This document shows positions 47,986 to 57,900 of a stretch of 64,000 bases of DNA, piece by piece. The notes below the pieces were generated by a model. It did not search any database and was not told where the DNA came from. It was given only the letters and a program-made list of their open reading frames with translations. The DNA is from Candidatus Nanopelagicales bacterium (GTDB taxonomy: Bacteria; Actinomycetota; Actinomycetes; S36-B12; UBA5976), in contig JBMTAF010000001.1 of the NCBI GenBank assembly GCA_049428425.1, forward strand, positions 3,464 through 67,463. The letters are read 5' to 3'. A program made the translations under genes and the position numbers. Each line of letters opens with the position of its first letter. The stretch's first letter is position 1.

Positions 47986-48658
47986 CTCAAAATCGATTCG
48001 ACTTAAGTGGTGGCTAATCTCAATCAGCCTCATAGTTGGCGCAGCGTTCGGAATAACTTGGGTGGTGCAAACCACATCAGATGCGACTGTTGCTGCGATA
48101 GAAGTACAAGTTGCAAGCAAGGCGCTAGTTACCCCAGTTAAGAACGTTGCTGCCATCGAGGTAGGCGAACGCATCTCTGATCTAAATCTAAGTGCCGCCG
48201 CGGCCAGAATAACGCAGTTGCCACAAGTTAGGTCAGCAAATGTTGAGCGCAGTTGGCCAGATCGAATTGTGATTTCTGTTGATTTGCGAGAGCCGATTGG
48301 CTGGCTTCGGTTTGGTGGTGAAATTTGGTATTTGGATAATACGGGTGAGAAATACCAACCAAAGGTAACTGCGGCAAAACCGGGTCTGCCACTTTTCGAA
48401 GCGGCCTCTGACCGATTATTGCTAGCGAGCACTCGAAGCTACGAGTATCTGCCCAATCGACTAAAGAATCGGTTGAGCAAGGTGACAGCTCCAACCACAT
48501 CGAACATCCGTTTCATCCTTACATCAGGAGTCACAATTATCTGGGGAAGCGAAGAGCGCAGTGCGCGCAAAGCTGAGGTGCTGAATGTTTTGTTGCAGCG
48601 AAAAGCCGAGGTTTATGATGTTTCTGCCCCTGATCTGCCGACAATACAACTGAAGTAA
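47975..48658 (+). CDS. ftsQ: Cell division protein FtsQ (POTRA domain)
   Basis: Basic N-terminus, one TM helix, POTRA-like segment, and position after murC. ATG at 47975 overlaps murC by 11 bp; the ORF track starts at 47921. Confidence 0.75.
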   Translation: MRSNSKSIRLKWWLISISLIVGAAFGITWVVQTTSDATVAAIEVQVASKALVTPVKNVAAIEVGERISDLNLSAAAARITQLPQVRSANVERSWPDRIVISVDLREPIGWLRFGGEIWYLDNTGEKYQPKVTAAKPGLPLFEAASDRLLLASTRSYEYLPNRLKNRLSKVTAPTTSNIRFILTSGVTIIWGSEERSARKAEVLNVLLQRKAEVYDVSAPDLPTIQLK

Positions 48659-48716
48659 CGCCACATATTCCTGTAAGCGTTTGCCAGCCCTTACATTCTG
48701 TTGCTAGATTCTTAGG

Positions 48717-49721
48717 GTGAAATCCACTATTGAGGAAGTCGCCAAACGTGCTGGCGTAAGCACAGCGACGGTTTCTCGTGCGCTTCGTGGCCTTGCCAGT
48801 GTGACGCCAGAGACAAAGTTTCGAGTTGAGCAGGCAGCGCGCGAACTTGATTATGTAATCTCACCATCCGCTTCAAGATTGGCGTCAGGCAAAACTTCAA
48901 CGGTTGGGGTTATTGCACCATTTATTGATCGCTGGTATTTCGCAAACTTGCTATCAGGGATTGAGCGGGTTAGTAGATCTGCCGGATTTGATATGTTGGT
49001 TTATTCCTTAGATCGTTTAGATGAGCGGGAGCGAATATTTCATCACAAATTAGTGAGGGAACGGGTTGATGCCTTGCTGGTCTGTGCTATGCCACCAAAT
49101 CAAGATGAAATTTCTTTCCTGCAACAAGCTCGATTGCCGGTCGCATTAATTGGTGCAGAGGTTCCAGGTTGTGCCAGCGTTCGAATAGACGATGTTGGTG
49201 GCGCAAAAGCGGCAACTGGTCATCTAATCAATATGGGACACCGCCGGATTGGCTTAATTGCTGAGTCACCACTGCAACCAATGTCCTTCACTGCGCCCAG
49301 GGATCGCCGAGCTGGTTTCCTAGCTGCACATGACGAAGCCGGATTGAAGTTTGATCCAGCGCTCGAGGCATTTGGTTCATTCACGATTGAAAGTGGTGAA
49401 CGGGCGATGGATGAGCTATTGGCGAAACCACAACCACCGACTGCCGTATTTTGCGAATCTGATGAGATGGCATTTGGTGCGGTAAGTGCGATTCAGCGCC
49501 ATGGTCTAAAGGTGCCACAAGATATTTCTATCGTAGGTTTTGATGATCATGATCTGGCTAAGTATCTGAATTTAACTACCGTGGCACAGCCGGTGCAGGT
49601 TATGGGGGAAACTGCAACTTGGGTGATTTTGGATCAGGTAAAAAATAACCGCAGCGAACCTAAAGCGGTAGTTATGCCCACGCAGTTAATTGTGCGTGGC
49701 AGTACCGCTCGCTTAACATAA
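48717..49721 (+). CDS. LacI family transcriptional regulator
   Basis: N-terminal HTH TIEEVAKRAGVSTATVSRALRG followed by a periplasmic-binding-protein-like sugar-binding fold. Confidence 0.85.
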   Translation: MKSTIEEVAKRAGVSTATVSRALRGLASVTPETKFRVEQAARELDYVISPSASRLASGKTSTVGVIAPFIDRWYFANLLSGIERVSRSAGFDMLVYSLDRLDERERIFHHKLVRERVDALLVCAMPPNQDEISFLQQARLPVALIGAEVPGCASVRIDDVGGAKAATGHLINMGHRRIGLIAESPLQPMSFTAPRDRRAGFLAAHDEAGLKFDPALEAFGSFTIESGERAMDELLAKPQPPTAVFCESDEMAFGAVSAIQRHGLKVPQDISIVGFDDHDLAKYLNLTTVAQPVQVMGETATWVILDQVKNNRSEPKAVVMPTQLIVRGSTARLT

Positions 49722-49753
49722 AAAACAGGGCCAACTTTCGCTGGCCCTGTTTT
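49722..49753. terminator. Bidirectional rho-independent terminator between convergent lacI-family and msiK-like genes
   Basis: Stem CAGGGCCA (49726-49733) pairs with TGGCCCTG (49742-49749) around an 8-nt loop. It is flanked by an A-run upstream and TTTT downstream. Confidence 0.7.
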
Positions 49754-49766
49754 CTGAATTATCTGG

Positions 49767-50834
49767 TTAGTTAAGGCGTGGACCTTCTTCAGTAGCATCA
49801 AAGAAATGCATTGAATTTGGCTTAACCTTGATTGTGTCACCACGCTTAATATTAGAATCAGATCCAACTCGCACAGTGATATCTTTCTTACCATCATCAT
49901 TGATGGTGCCGTAGAGGAATTCGTCTGAACCAAGTTCTTCGACCAAATTAACAGTCATGGAAATTCCGTCATTTGCTACTTCTAAATGTTCTGGTCGAAC
50001 TCCAACCACAACCTTGTTGCTGGAAGCTTTGGCAGCAGCGGCAGCATCCATGCTAACTTCGTAACCACCAATCTTCACAGTGGTGCCGCTTAGATTTCCT
50101 TCAAGTAGGTTCATCGCAGGGGAACCAATGAATCCAGCAACAAATGCATTTGCTGGCCGGTCATATAGTGCCCGTGGGGTGTCAACTTGTTGCAGCACGC
50201 CAAACTTGAGCACCGCAACGCGGTCACCCATAGTCATAGCTTCAACCTGATCGTGTGTCACATAAATTGTGGTAACGCCAAGTCGTTTTTGTAATGCAGC
50301 AATCTGAGTTCTGGTTTGCACGCGCAACTTCGCATCCAAGTTGGAAAGCGGTTCATCCATCAAGAAGACCTGAGGTTCGCGAACAATTGCTCGTCCCATC
50401 GCAACACGCTGACGTTGACCACCAGAAAGTGCTTTTGGCTTTCGGTCTAGATATTCCTCTAGATCCAACAGTTTTGCTGCTTCCTCAACGCGACGTCGAA
50501 TCTCGTCCTTTGCAACACCAGCAATTTGCAGCGCAAAGCCCATGTTCGCAGCAACTGTCATATGCGGATAAAGGGCGTAGTTCTGAAACACCATCGCAAT
50601 GTCTCGATCCTTTGGCGCAACATCAGTGACATCACGATCGCCGATCATGATCGCGCCCTGATCGCATGGCTCGAGGCCTGCGATCATGCGAAGCGCAGTG
50701 GATTTTCCGCAGCCCGATGGGCCAACTAGCACTAGGAACTCGCCGTCACTAACGGTGAGATCAAGTGATGAAACAGCAGGACGCGCACCGGGGGTGTAAA
50801 TCCGAGATGCGCCTTGAAATACAACAGGTGCCAT
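49767..50834 (-). CDS. Sugar ABC transporter ATP-binding protein (MsiK/UgpC/MalK type), orphan ATPase
   Basis: Walker A GPSGCGKST, signature LSGGQRQRVA, Walker B FLMDEPLSNLD, and a C-terminal MalK-like regulatory domain. No permease or binding-protein genes adjacent. Confidence 0.85.
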   Translation of the reverse strand: MAPVVFQGASRIYTPGARPAVSSLDLTVSDGEFLVLVGPSGCGKSTALRMIAGLEPCDQGAIMIGDRDVTDVAPKDRDIAMVFQNYALYPHMTVAANMGFALQIAGVAKDEIRRRVEEAAKLLDLEEYLDRKPKALSGGQRQRVAMGRAIVREPQVFLMDEPLSNLDAKLRVQTRTQIAALQKRLGVTTIYVTHDQVEAMTMGDRVAVLKFGVLQQVDTPRALYDRPANAFVAGFIGSPAMNLLEGNLSGTTVKIGGYEVSMDAAAAAKASSNKVVVGVRPEHLEVANDGISMTVNLVEELGSDEFLYGTINDDGKKDITVRVGSDSNIKRGDTIKVKPNSMHFFDATEEGPRLN

Positions 50835-50927
50835 TTGACTCCTCTAATCGGGCCTGCAAGCAGGCGAACTTGTTCGGCAGGTGTCCCCGGCCGTTCGGGG
50901 TTACTTGGCTAACTTAGCGCAGATGCT

Positions 50928-51467
50928 TCAGAAAGGGTAGGGGAACGCGGCTGCAGTTACGCAGCGCTTGGTTGAGCAGATGCTGGCTCGATTGAGAAAC
51001 ACTGCGTCGCGAGTGTTATTCCAGCCAGCCGCATGCGCGATGGATTCATCTGCCGCAGTTAGCGGAGGCGGGATATCAGCTGCAATTTTTCGACACCAGG
51101 AAATAGTTACTTGGTTTTCGTTAATCATTGCAGGTCCGCCCAACTGAGCAAAAAATGCTGCACAAAAATCTTCCGAACCAGTGAAGAATGCCGAACGCAA
51201 CGCTGCTTCGTCAGTTCCAAGTCCCGGCTCAAACTCCATTAATTCATCATCAGCCGAATGATCTGTATCGGCGGCATTTTCGTCCGTTATCTCCTGCTCG
51301 GCTAATGCCTCATCAAATGGCGGAGCAACATCTGGTGGTGTGACCGGTGCTGGAAAACTGGAATCTGAATTAGGTGCGCAGGCCGAAATTGCAATCAGCA
51401 ATATTGCCAGCAGACGAAGTTTCACGGTGAAAGCGTGGCAAGTGTTTATGAAATTTGCCTGCGACAC
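50928..51467 (-). CDS. Hypothetical lipoprotein
   Basis: Signal peptide KLRLLAILLIAISAC with a lipobox, then an acidic Pro-rich linker. The true start may be the GTG at 51425. Confidence 0.45.
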   Translation of the reverse strand: MSQANFINTCHAFTVKLRLLAILLIAISACAPNSDSSFPAPVTPPDVAPPFDEALAEQEITDENAADTDHSADDELMEFEPGLGTDEAALRSAFFTGSEDFCAAFFAQLGGPAMINENQVTISWCRKIAADIPPPLTAADESIAHAAGWNNTRDAVFLNRASICSTKRCVTAAAFPYPF

Positions 51468-51578
51468 GCACAGAAAATGTCCCCAGAATCACCTGCGACA
51501 ACGTAATTTCTTAGCAACGAAAGTTGAGTTATCTCTAACTCTCAACTAGAGAATTAGAGTTACGTTGATGGAGGCGTT

Positions 51579-52769
51579 ATGGCAGCACCACAGAATTACC
51601 TAGCAGTTATCAAAGTCGTCGGCGTAGGTGGCGGTGGCGTCAATGCGGTTAACCGCATGATTGATGTCGGACTTAAAGGTGTGGAGTTTGTGGCAATTAA
51701 TACTGATGCCCAAGCGCTGCTGATGAGTGATGCTGATGTAAAGCTAGATATCGGGCGTGATCTAACTCGCGGATTGGGTGCTGGCGCTGATCCTTCAATT
51801 GGTCGTCAAGCTGCGGAAGACCATGAAGAAGAGCTACGGGATGTGCTGCGCGGTGCCGACATGGTCTTTGTTACTGCAGGCGAAGGTGGCGGCACTGGAA
51901 CTGGTGGCGCACCAGTGGTCGCTCGTATTGCTCGAGAGTTAGGTGCACTAACTGTTGGTGTGGTAACTCGGCCGTTTGCATTTGAAGGTAGACGACGTGC
52001 GCAGGCTGCTGAAGATGGCATAGAAGAACTAAGGGCAGAAGTAGATACGTTAATTGTTATTCCAAATGATCGTTTGTTGCAGTTAAGCAACAAAGCGATC
52101 AGTGTGGTTGAAGCGTTCAAGCATGCTGATCAAGTGCTGCTACATGGCGTTTCTGGAATAACTGATTTAATTACAACCCCAGGCTTAATTAATCTTGATT
52201 TTGCAGATGTCCGAAGTGTGATGAAAGATGCCGGCGCTGCGCTGATGGGTATTGGTGCCGCTCGCGGTGAGAACCGAGCGCTAGCTGCAGCAGAAATGGC
52301 GGTTAGATCACCGTTGCTGGAGGCAGGCATTGACGGCGCCCGTGGAATTTTGATGAGTGTTGCCGGTGGTAGTGATTTGGGACTCTTTGAGATTAACGAT
52401 GCTGCCAGATTAGTAGCTGAAGCTGGACATCCAGATGCCACCATTATTTTTGGTGCGGTAATTGATGATTCGTTAGGTGATGAAGTTCGGGTAACTGTGA
52501 TTGCCGCTGGTTTTGAGAATGGCCTGCCAGCTGCTCGTCCAGTGAAGCGTCCAGAACCTACTGCAATTACGCCAACCACCGTTTCGCCGGCACTTGATGA
52601 TGCCACCGCGATGCCAGAATTCGAAAATTCCAGCAACGTAGATGATCAAACTGGTGAATTGGACCTACCGCTGGCAGTTGGCGAATCATCAGGAAGTCGG
52701 CCTCGAGTAGTTTTTGATTCAATGGACTCCATTGAAGACGAACTAGATGTACCTGACTTTCTGAAATAG
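51579..52769 (+). CDS. ftsZ: Cell division protein FtsZ
   Basis: [20 protein letters not shown] and the tubulin signature [18 protein letters not shown] is upstream. Confidence 0.97.
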   Translation: MAAPQNYLAVIKVVGVGGGGVNAVNRMIDVGLKGVEFVAINTDAQALLMSDADVKLDIGRDLTRGLGAGADPSIGRQAAEDHEEELRDVLRGADMVFVTAGEGGGTGTGGAPVVARIARELGALTVGVVTRPFAFEGRRRAQAAEDGIEELRAEVDTLIVIPNDRLLQLSNKAISVVEAFKHADQVLLHGVSGITDLITTPGLINLDFADVRSVMKDAGAALMGIGAARGENRALAAAEMAVRSPLLEAGIDGARGILMSVAGGSDLGLFEINDAARLVAEAGHPDATIIFGAVIDDSLGDEVRVTVIAAGFENGLPAARPVKRPEPTAITPTTVSPALDDATAMPEFENSSNVDDQTGELDLPLAVGESSGSRPRVVFDSMDSIEDELDVPDFLK

Positions 52770-53485
52770 TGATTAGTTGGCTTAGGTCAGGCGAGCTTGG
52801 TCGGGTAGCACAATTTCGGTTTAGCTCTAGATATGGTGGCGTAAGTGAACAGGCATACGCTGAACTCAACGTGGCAAACTGGGTTGGCGATGATCCAGAA
52901 AATGTTGCAGCAAATCTGAAGAGAGTATCTGATGAGATTGCTTTGCCCATATTTGCAATGAAGCCAGTACATGGCACTGATGTATTGGATGTTGCCAGTC
53001 AGGGATTCAAATCTAGATCTGCCGATATTCTGGTAACAACGGAGCGCAATATTGCATTGTTGGCTCCCAGTGCTGATTGTGTTTCAGTTGTGCTTGCTGC
53101 TAAAGCTAAACCTTTTTTGATGTTGGCACATATCGGTTGGCGCGGTGCAGCGGCCGGGATTTCTCGAAGAATCGTTTCATCAGCTCAGTTGTATGGAATT
53201 GAAACTGATGAATTAGAAATCGTCCTCGGTCCAGCAATCTGCGGAAAGTGTTATCCAGTTTCTGATGCCGTGCATGACGAAGTAGTTCGGGAACTTCCAG
53301 CAGCATCTGCCAAGTCTGGAAATCAAGTTGGCTTAGATCTTAGAGCTGGACTGGTTGAATTTTTTAGCCACCTTGGCAGTGATGTCATATCAGATTCACC
53401 GTGCACATTTGAATCTAATGATTTGTTTTCATATCGCCGCGACAATCAAACCGGCAGACAAGCAGTTGTGGCATGGTTGAGTTAG
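52769..53485 (+). CDS. pgeF: Peptidoglycan editing factor PgeF (YfiH/DUF152 laccase-domain protein)
   Basis: His/Cys/His motifs (VHGTDV, ADCVSVVL, AHIGWRG) and the conserved position after ftsZ. Confidence 0.8.
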   Translation: MISWLRSGELGRVAQFRFSSRYGGVSEQAYAELNVANWVGDDPENVAANLKRVSDEIALPIFAMKPVHGTDVLDVASQGFKSRSADILVTTERNIALLAPSADCVSVVLAAKAKPFLMLAHIGWRGAAAGISRRIVSSAQLYGIETDELEIVLGPAICGKCYPVSDAVHDEVVRELPAASAKSGNQVGLDLRAGLVEFFSHLGSDVISDSPCTFESNDLFSYRRDNQTGRQAVVAWLS

Positions 53486-54174
53486 ATCCCAAACGAACTG
53501 CCGAAATCAAATCTAATCTATCGATATTTCTTAACCAACTTGAGGATCAGGCACGCAACTGTGGACGAAATGCAGCTGAGATAACGGTAATTGCCGTAAC
53601 TAAAGGTTTTCCAGCTGCTGACCTACTCGCATTGCACTCGCTAGGCATTCGAGATTTCGGCGAATCTCGAGATCAAGATATTCGATCAAAGTTGGCCGAG
53701 ATTGCTGAAACTAATTTTCACTTACATTTCATAGGTCAGCTACAACGTAACAAAGTTAAGAGTGTATGTAGTTATGCCTCGGCAATTCATAGCGTTGACC
53801 GAATTGAATTAGTAAATGAGATGACAAAGTTGGCTAACCAGGGAATTGCGGTGCCGAAAATTTTGATCCAAGTCAACTTGGATCCTGAAAGCAGCAATTC
53901 ACGTGGCGGAACGCAAGCTAACCAGGTGTTGGAGTTGGCAAGAGTGAGTGCGGAAAACGGACTAACTCTTGCCGGGTTAATGGCGGTGGCACCGCTATCG
54001 GCTGATCCGGCGGATGCATTTCGGATATTTAGTGAAGTAGCAACGGAGTTTGCCAGTGAGTTTCCGGACGCCACCTGGCGTTCAATTGGAATGAGTAATG
54101 ACTGGCACCTAGCGGTTGCAGCAGGAGCGACACACCTGCGAATTGGCTCTGCCTTACTGGGGAATAGGGGGTAA
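53473..54174 (+). CDS. yggS: YggS/YlmE family pyridoxal-phosphate homeostasis protein
   Basis: VIAVTKGFP (PLP Lys), HFIGQLQRNK and IGMSNDW motifs. Confidence 0.85.
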   Translation: MVELDPKRTAEIKSNLSIFLNQLEDQARNCGRNAAEITVIAVTKGFPAADLLALHSLGIRDFGESRDQDIRSKLAEIAETNFHLHFIGQLQRNKVKSVCSYASAIHSVDRIELVNEMTKLANQGIAVPKILIQVNLDPESSNSRGGTQANQVLELARVSAENGLTLAGLMAVAPLSADPADAFRIFSEVATEFASEFPDATWRSIGMSNDWHLAVAAGATHLRIGSALLGNRG

Positions 54175-54225
54175 ATCAGGTATTTTTGGCGGACACGTAT
54201 CGCCACGTGGCCAAAAGGAGGAGTT

Positions 54226-54672
54226 ATGGCTAGCGCCGTTCGTCGCATGGCTGTTTATCTTGGGTTAATGGAAGATGCTCCTGAGGCCGAAATGACTCCA
54301 GAGAGCAAGCGAGATCTACGCCCATTGCGTACCGTTGAATCATTGCCTGGAGTTTTGCCAACACCTACCGAAGCACCAGCAATTGGTGATGGGGTAGCAA
54401 AAATCACCACCCTTCACCCACGTTCTTACAACGATGCAAAACGAATTGGTGAAGATTTTCGACAAGGCATTCCAGTTATTGTAAACCTCACGGAACTTGG
54501 TGAAGTTGATGCGAAGCGAATTGTTGATTTTGCTGCTGGACTTACTTTTGGGTTGAATGGTCGAATTGAGCGGGTTACTTCTAAAGTTTTCTTGCTCAGC
54601 CCAGCAAATGTTGATGTCGGCGTTACTGCCCGCGCGCAACTTGCTGAGGATGGCTTCTACAATCAGTCCTGA
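54226..54672 (+). CDS. sepF: Cell division protein SepF
   Basis: N-terminal MAVYLGL amphipathic helix and a C-terminal IPVIVNL...RIVDFAAGLTFGLNG core. Confidence 0.9.
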   Translation: MASAVRRMAVYLGLMEDAPEAEMTPESKRDLRPLRTVESLPGVLPTPTEAPAIGDGVAKITTLHPRSYNDAKRIGEDFRQGIPVIVNLTELGEVDAKRIVDFAAGLTFGLNGRIERVTSKVFLLSPANVDVGVTARAQLAEDGFYNQS

Positions 54673-54953
54673 TGATTGAATCCTTACTACTGAGTGTTCT
54701 AAGACTCTTTTTCTACACCTTAATCATTCGCTTTATTTTGGATTGGGTGCAAGTGCTCTCGCGAAATTGGCGACCACAAGGCCCGGTTTTGGTAATTGCC
54801 GAAATCGTCTACTCAATTACTGATCCGCCGCTTAATTGGATAAGAAGATTCGTTCGACCAATTCGAATGGGAACAATCCAGTTAGATCTGGCTTTTATCG
54901 TATTATTTTTTGGTGTTCAGTTCTTAATGAACGTAGTGCGGGTAGCTCTCTAA
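54672..54953 (+). CDS. yggT: YggT/YlmG family membrane protein
   Basis: 93 aa, two TM helices, conserved position after sepF. Confidence 0.8.
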   Translation: MIESLLLSVLRLFFYTLIIRFILDWVQVLSRNWRPQGPVLVIAEIVYSITDPPLNWIRRFVRPIRMGTIQLDLAFIVLFFGVQFLMNVVRVAL

Positions 54954-57900
54954 GCTTTCGTCAGCCAAAGGGTTAAACCCAACTCTTCATCAACTGCGGT
55001 AGCTGGTCTCGATTCCTCTCCTTTATTGAAATCTTTCGCGAGCACCTCATTAGAAATGGTAGTTAAATTCTGTTCAATTGCAGCATCAACTTCAGGTTGT
55101 GCTTGATAAGTCACCACGATTCGGTCAGTAACTTCAAAACCGCTAGATTTCCGAGTATCTTGGATTAGCCGAATAACTTCACGTGATAATCCTTCAGCAA
55201 CTAGTTCTGGCGTTAAATTCAAATCAAGTGCGACTGTGATGCCATCGCTTGCGGCAACTGACCAACCAACTGATGGAGTTTCGGTCAGAATTACGTCGTC
55301 ACGGGTTAGCTCAATAACTTCATTATTTACTTGTAATTTGCTAGCGCCAGATTCAGCGAAATCCTGCACCATCCTTGCCGCATTCACAGCGGCAATTGCC
55401 TGCGCGATTTCTTGAGTTCGGGCACCAAATCTTGCGCCAAGTTGTTTGAAGTTTCCCTTAGCACTCCAGGTGACAAGGTCACCTTCGCTGCTTACCTCAG
55501 CCAACTGCTTTACATTTAACTCGCTGGCAATTTGCTCTCGCAACTCGTTTGATAGCACCTGCCAAGCGGCTGATGAAATCAGAGCACGGGCTAGTGGTTG
55601 TCGATTCTTTACTTTGGATTCGGCGCGGGCGGTTCGACCTAACTCAACTACATTTCGAACAATATCCATCTGATTAGTTAGCGATTCATTAATCAGCCTG
55701 GTATCAACAGCTGGCCAGTTGGCTAAATGAACTGAGGCAGTATCTGAATCAGTGGTAACTACAAATAAGTGTTGCCAAACTTGCTCAGTAATAAATGGGG
55801 TAAATGGCGCCATAACTAATGTCAAAGTGCGAAGCGCCTCATGCAGCGTAGCCAGTGCGGCCTTATCGCCATCCCAGAAGCGGCGGCGATTTCGTCTGAC
55901 GTACCAATTGCTTAATTCATCAATAAAGTCAGCAATCAATCTGCCACCACGCTGCGTATCAAATTGATCTAGCGCTTGATCTACATCGCGAGCAAGTTTA
56001 TTGGTTTGACTCACTAGCCATTGATCAATTATTGGTCGATCAGTAACTGGAGGTACGTCTTGATAACTGAAATTTGCGATCCGACCGTAAAGTGCCTGGA
56101 ACGAAGCGGTTGCCCAGTAAGTAAGTAGATGTTTCCGAACAATTTCTTGCAAAGTGGCATGGCCTAGGCGCCGTGCTTGCCAAGGCGAGCCCGCCGCCAG
56201 CATGAACCAGCGAAGGGCATCTGCACCATGCAACTCCATCAATTCAGTTGGATCCAATACGTTGCCTAGGCTCTTGCTCATCTTTCGCCCAGTTTCATCT
56301 TGAATATGACCTAGGCAAACTACATTCTTGAATGAAGATTGATTGAACAACAAAGTGCCAATCGCCATTTGTGAGTAGAACCAGCCGCGAGTTTGATCGA
56401 TCGCTTCGCAGATGTAATCAGCTGGATAGTTGGCTTCAAATTCCGCTTTATTCTGATGTGGTGCACCCCATTGGGCAAACGGCATTGCGCCCGAGTCGTA
56501 CCAAACGTCAATAACTTCCGGCACTCTAGTTGCAGTCTCGCTGCATTGCGGACAGGGGAAAGTGATCTCATCGATGAACGGCCGATGGGGATCGAGATTC
56601 GAAAGATCGTTGCCAGTTAAGTTAGATAACTCAGCCCGGGACTCAATTGCTGTTTGATGTCCGGCTTCGCATCGCCAAATCGGCAGCGGGGTTCCCCAGT
56701 ATCGATTTCGAGAAAGCGCCCAATCGATGTTGTTGTTTAACCAGTCGCCATAACGTCCCCATTTAATATTGTTAGGGAACCAATTAGTGTTTTCATTTTG
56801 CTCTAACAACTGCTTTTTGATCGCCGTAGTTCGGATATACCAACTTGGCTGCGCGTAATAAATTAATCGAGTACTGCAGCGCCAGCAGTGGGGATATGGA
56901 TGCGGATACGCGGCCTGGTGCCATAACAAATTTCGCTTAGTCAACTCCGCTAGCACGACTTCATCAGCATCCTTAAAGAAGATGCCACCAACCACCGGGG
57001 TAGTGGGGTTAAATTTTCCATCTGGATTAACCGGATTAACTACTGGCAGACCAAGTGGTCGACAAAGTTCTAAGTCTTCGGCACCGAAAGCTGGTGCTTC
57101 ATGCACAATGCCAGTTCCATCTTCCGTGGTAACGAAATCGGCATGTAGAACGGTGTGCAAATAGGGAGAATCAAATTCTGAAAAATCTACCCAATCAAAT
57201 GGTGGTTGGTATTTATATCCAACCAACTGGCTACCTTTTACCGTTTTGATAGCACTTACTTCTTCTCCCAATACTTTTGTCATCAAATCAGCGGCAACAA
57301 TCAGGTGTTCATCGCCAATTTTGACAATGCTGTATTCAATTTCATTTCCAACCGCGCAAGCAGTATTTGAAACCAAAGTCCATGGTGTTGTTGTCCAAGC
57401 AATTAAAGCAAGGTTAGAAAATTCAGTCGCTAGCTCACCTTTGACTATGGGCATTCGGACATACGCAGACTCATCAACTACGTCTCGGTAGCCCTGGGCT
57501 AATTCATGATCAGATAAGCCAGTGCCGCATCTGGGGCAATAAGGCGTTACTCGATAATCTTCAGTGAGAAGTCCGCGAGAATGTATTTGCTTAAGCGACC
57601 ACCAAACTGACTCAATGTAATGCGCATCCATGGTCCAGTACGCATTGTCAAAATCCACCCAGTAACCCATGCGTTCAGTCATTTGCGTAAAGGCATCAAC
57701 ATGTCGCAGCACTGATTCGCGGCACTTCTCATTAAATTTAGCGATTCCGTAAGCTTCAATATCTTTTTTGCCGCTGAACTTAAGTTCTTTTTCTACCTCA
57801 ATTTCAACCGGCAAACCATGACAGTCCCAACCAGCACGACGTTCAACGTGATAGCCCTTCATGGTGCGGTAACGAGGAAAAATGTCTTTGAAGGTACGTG

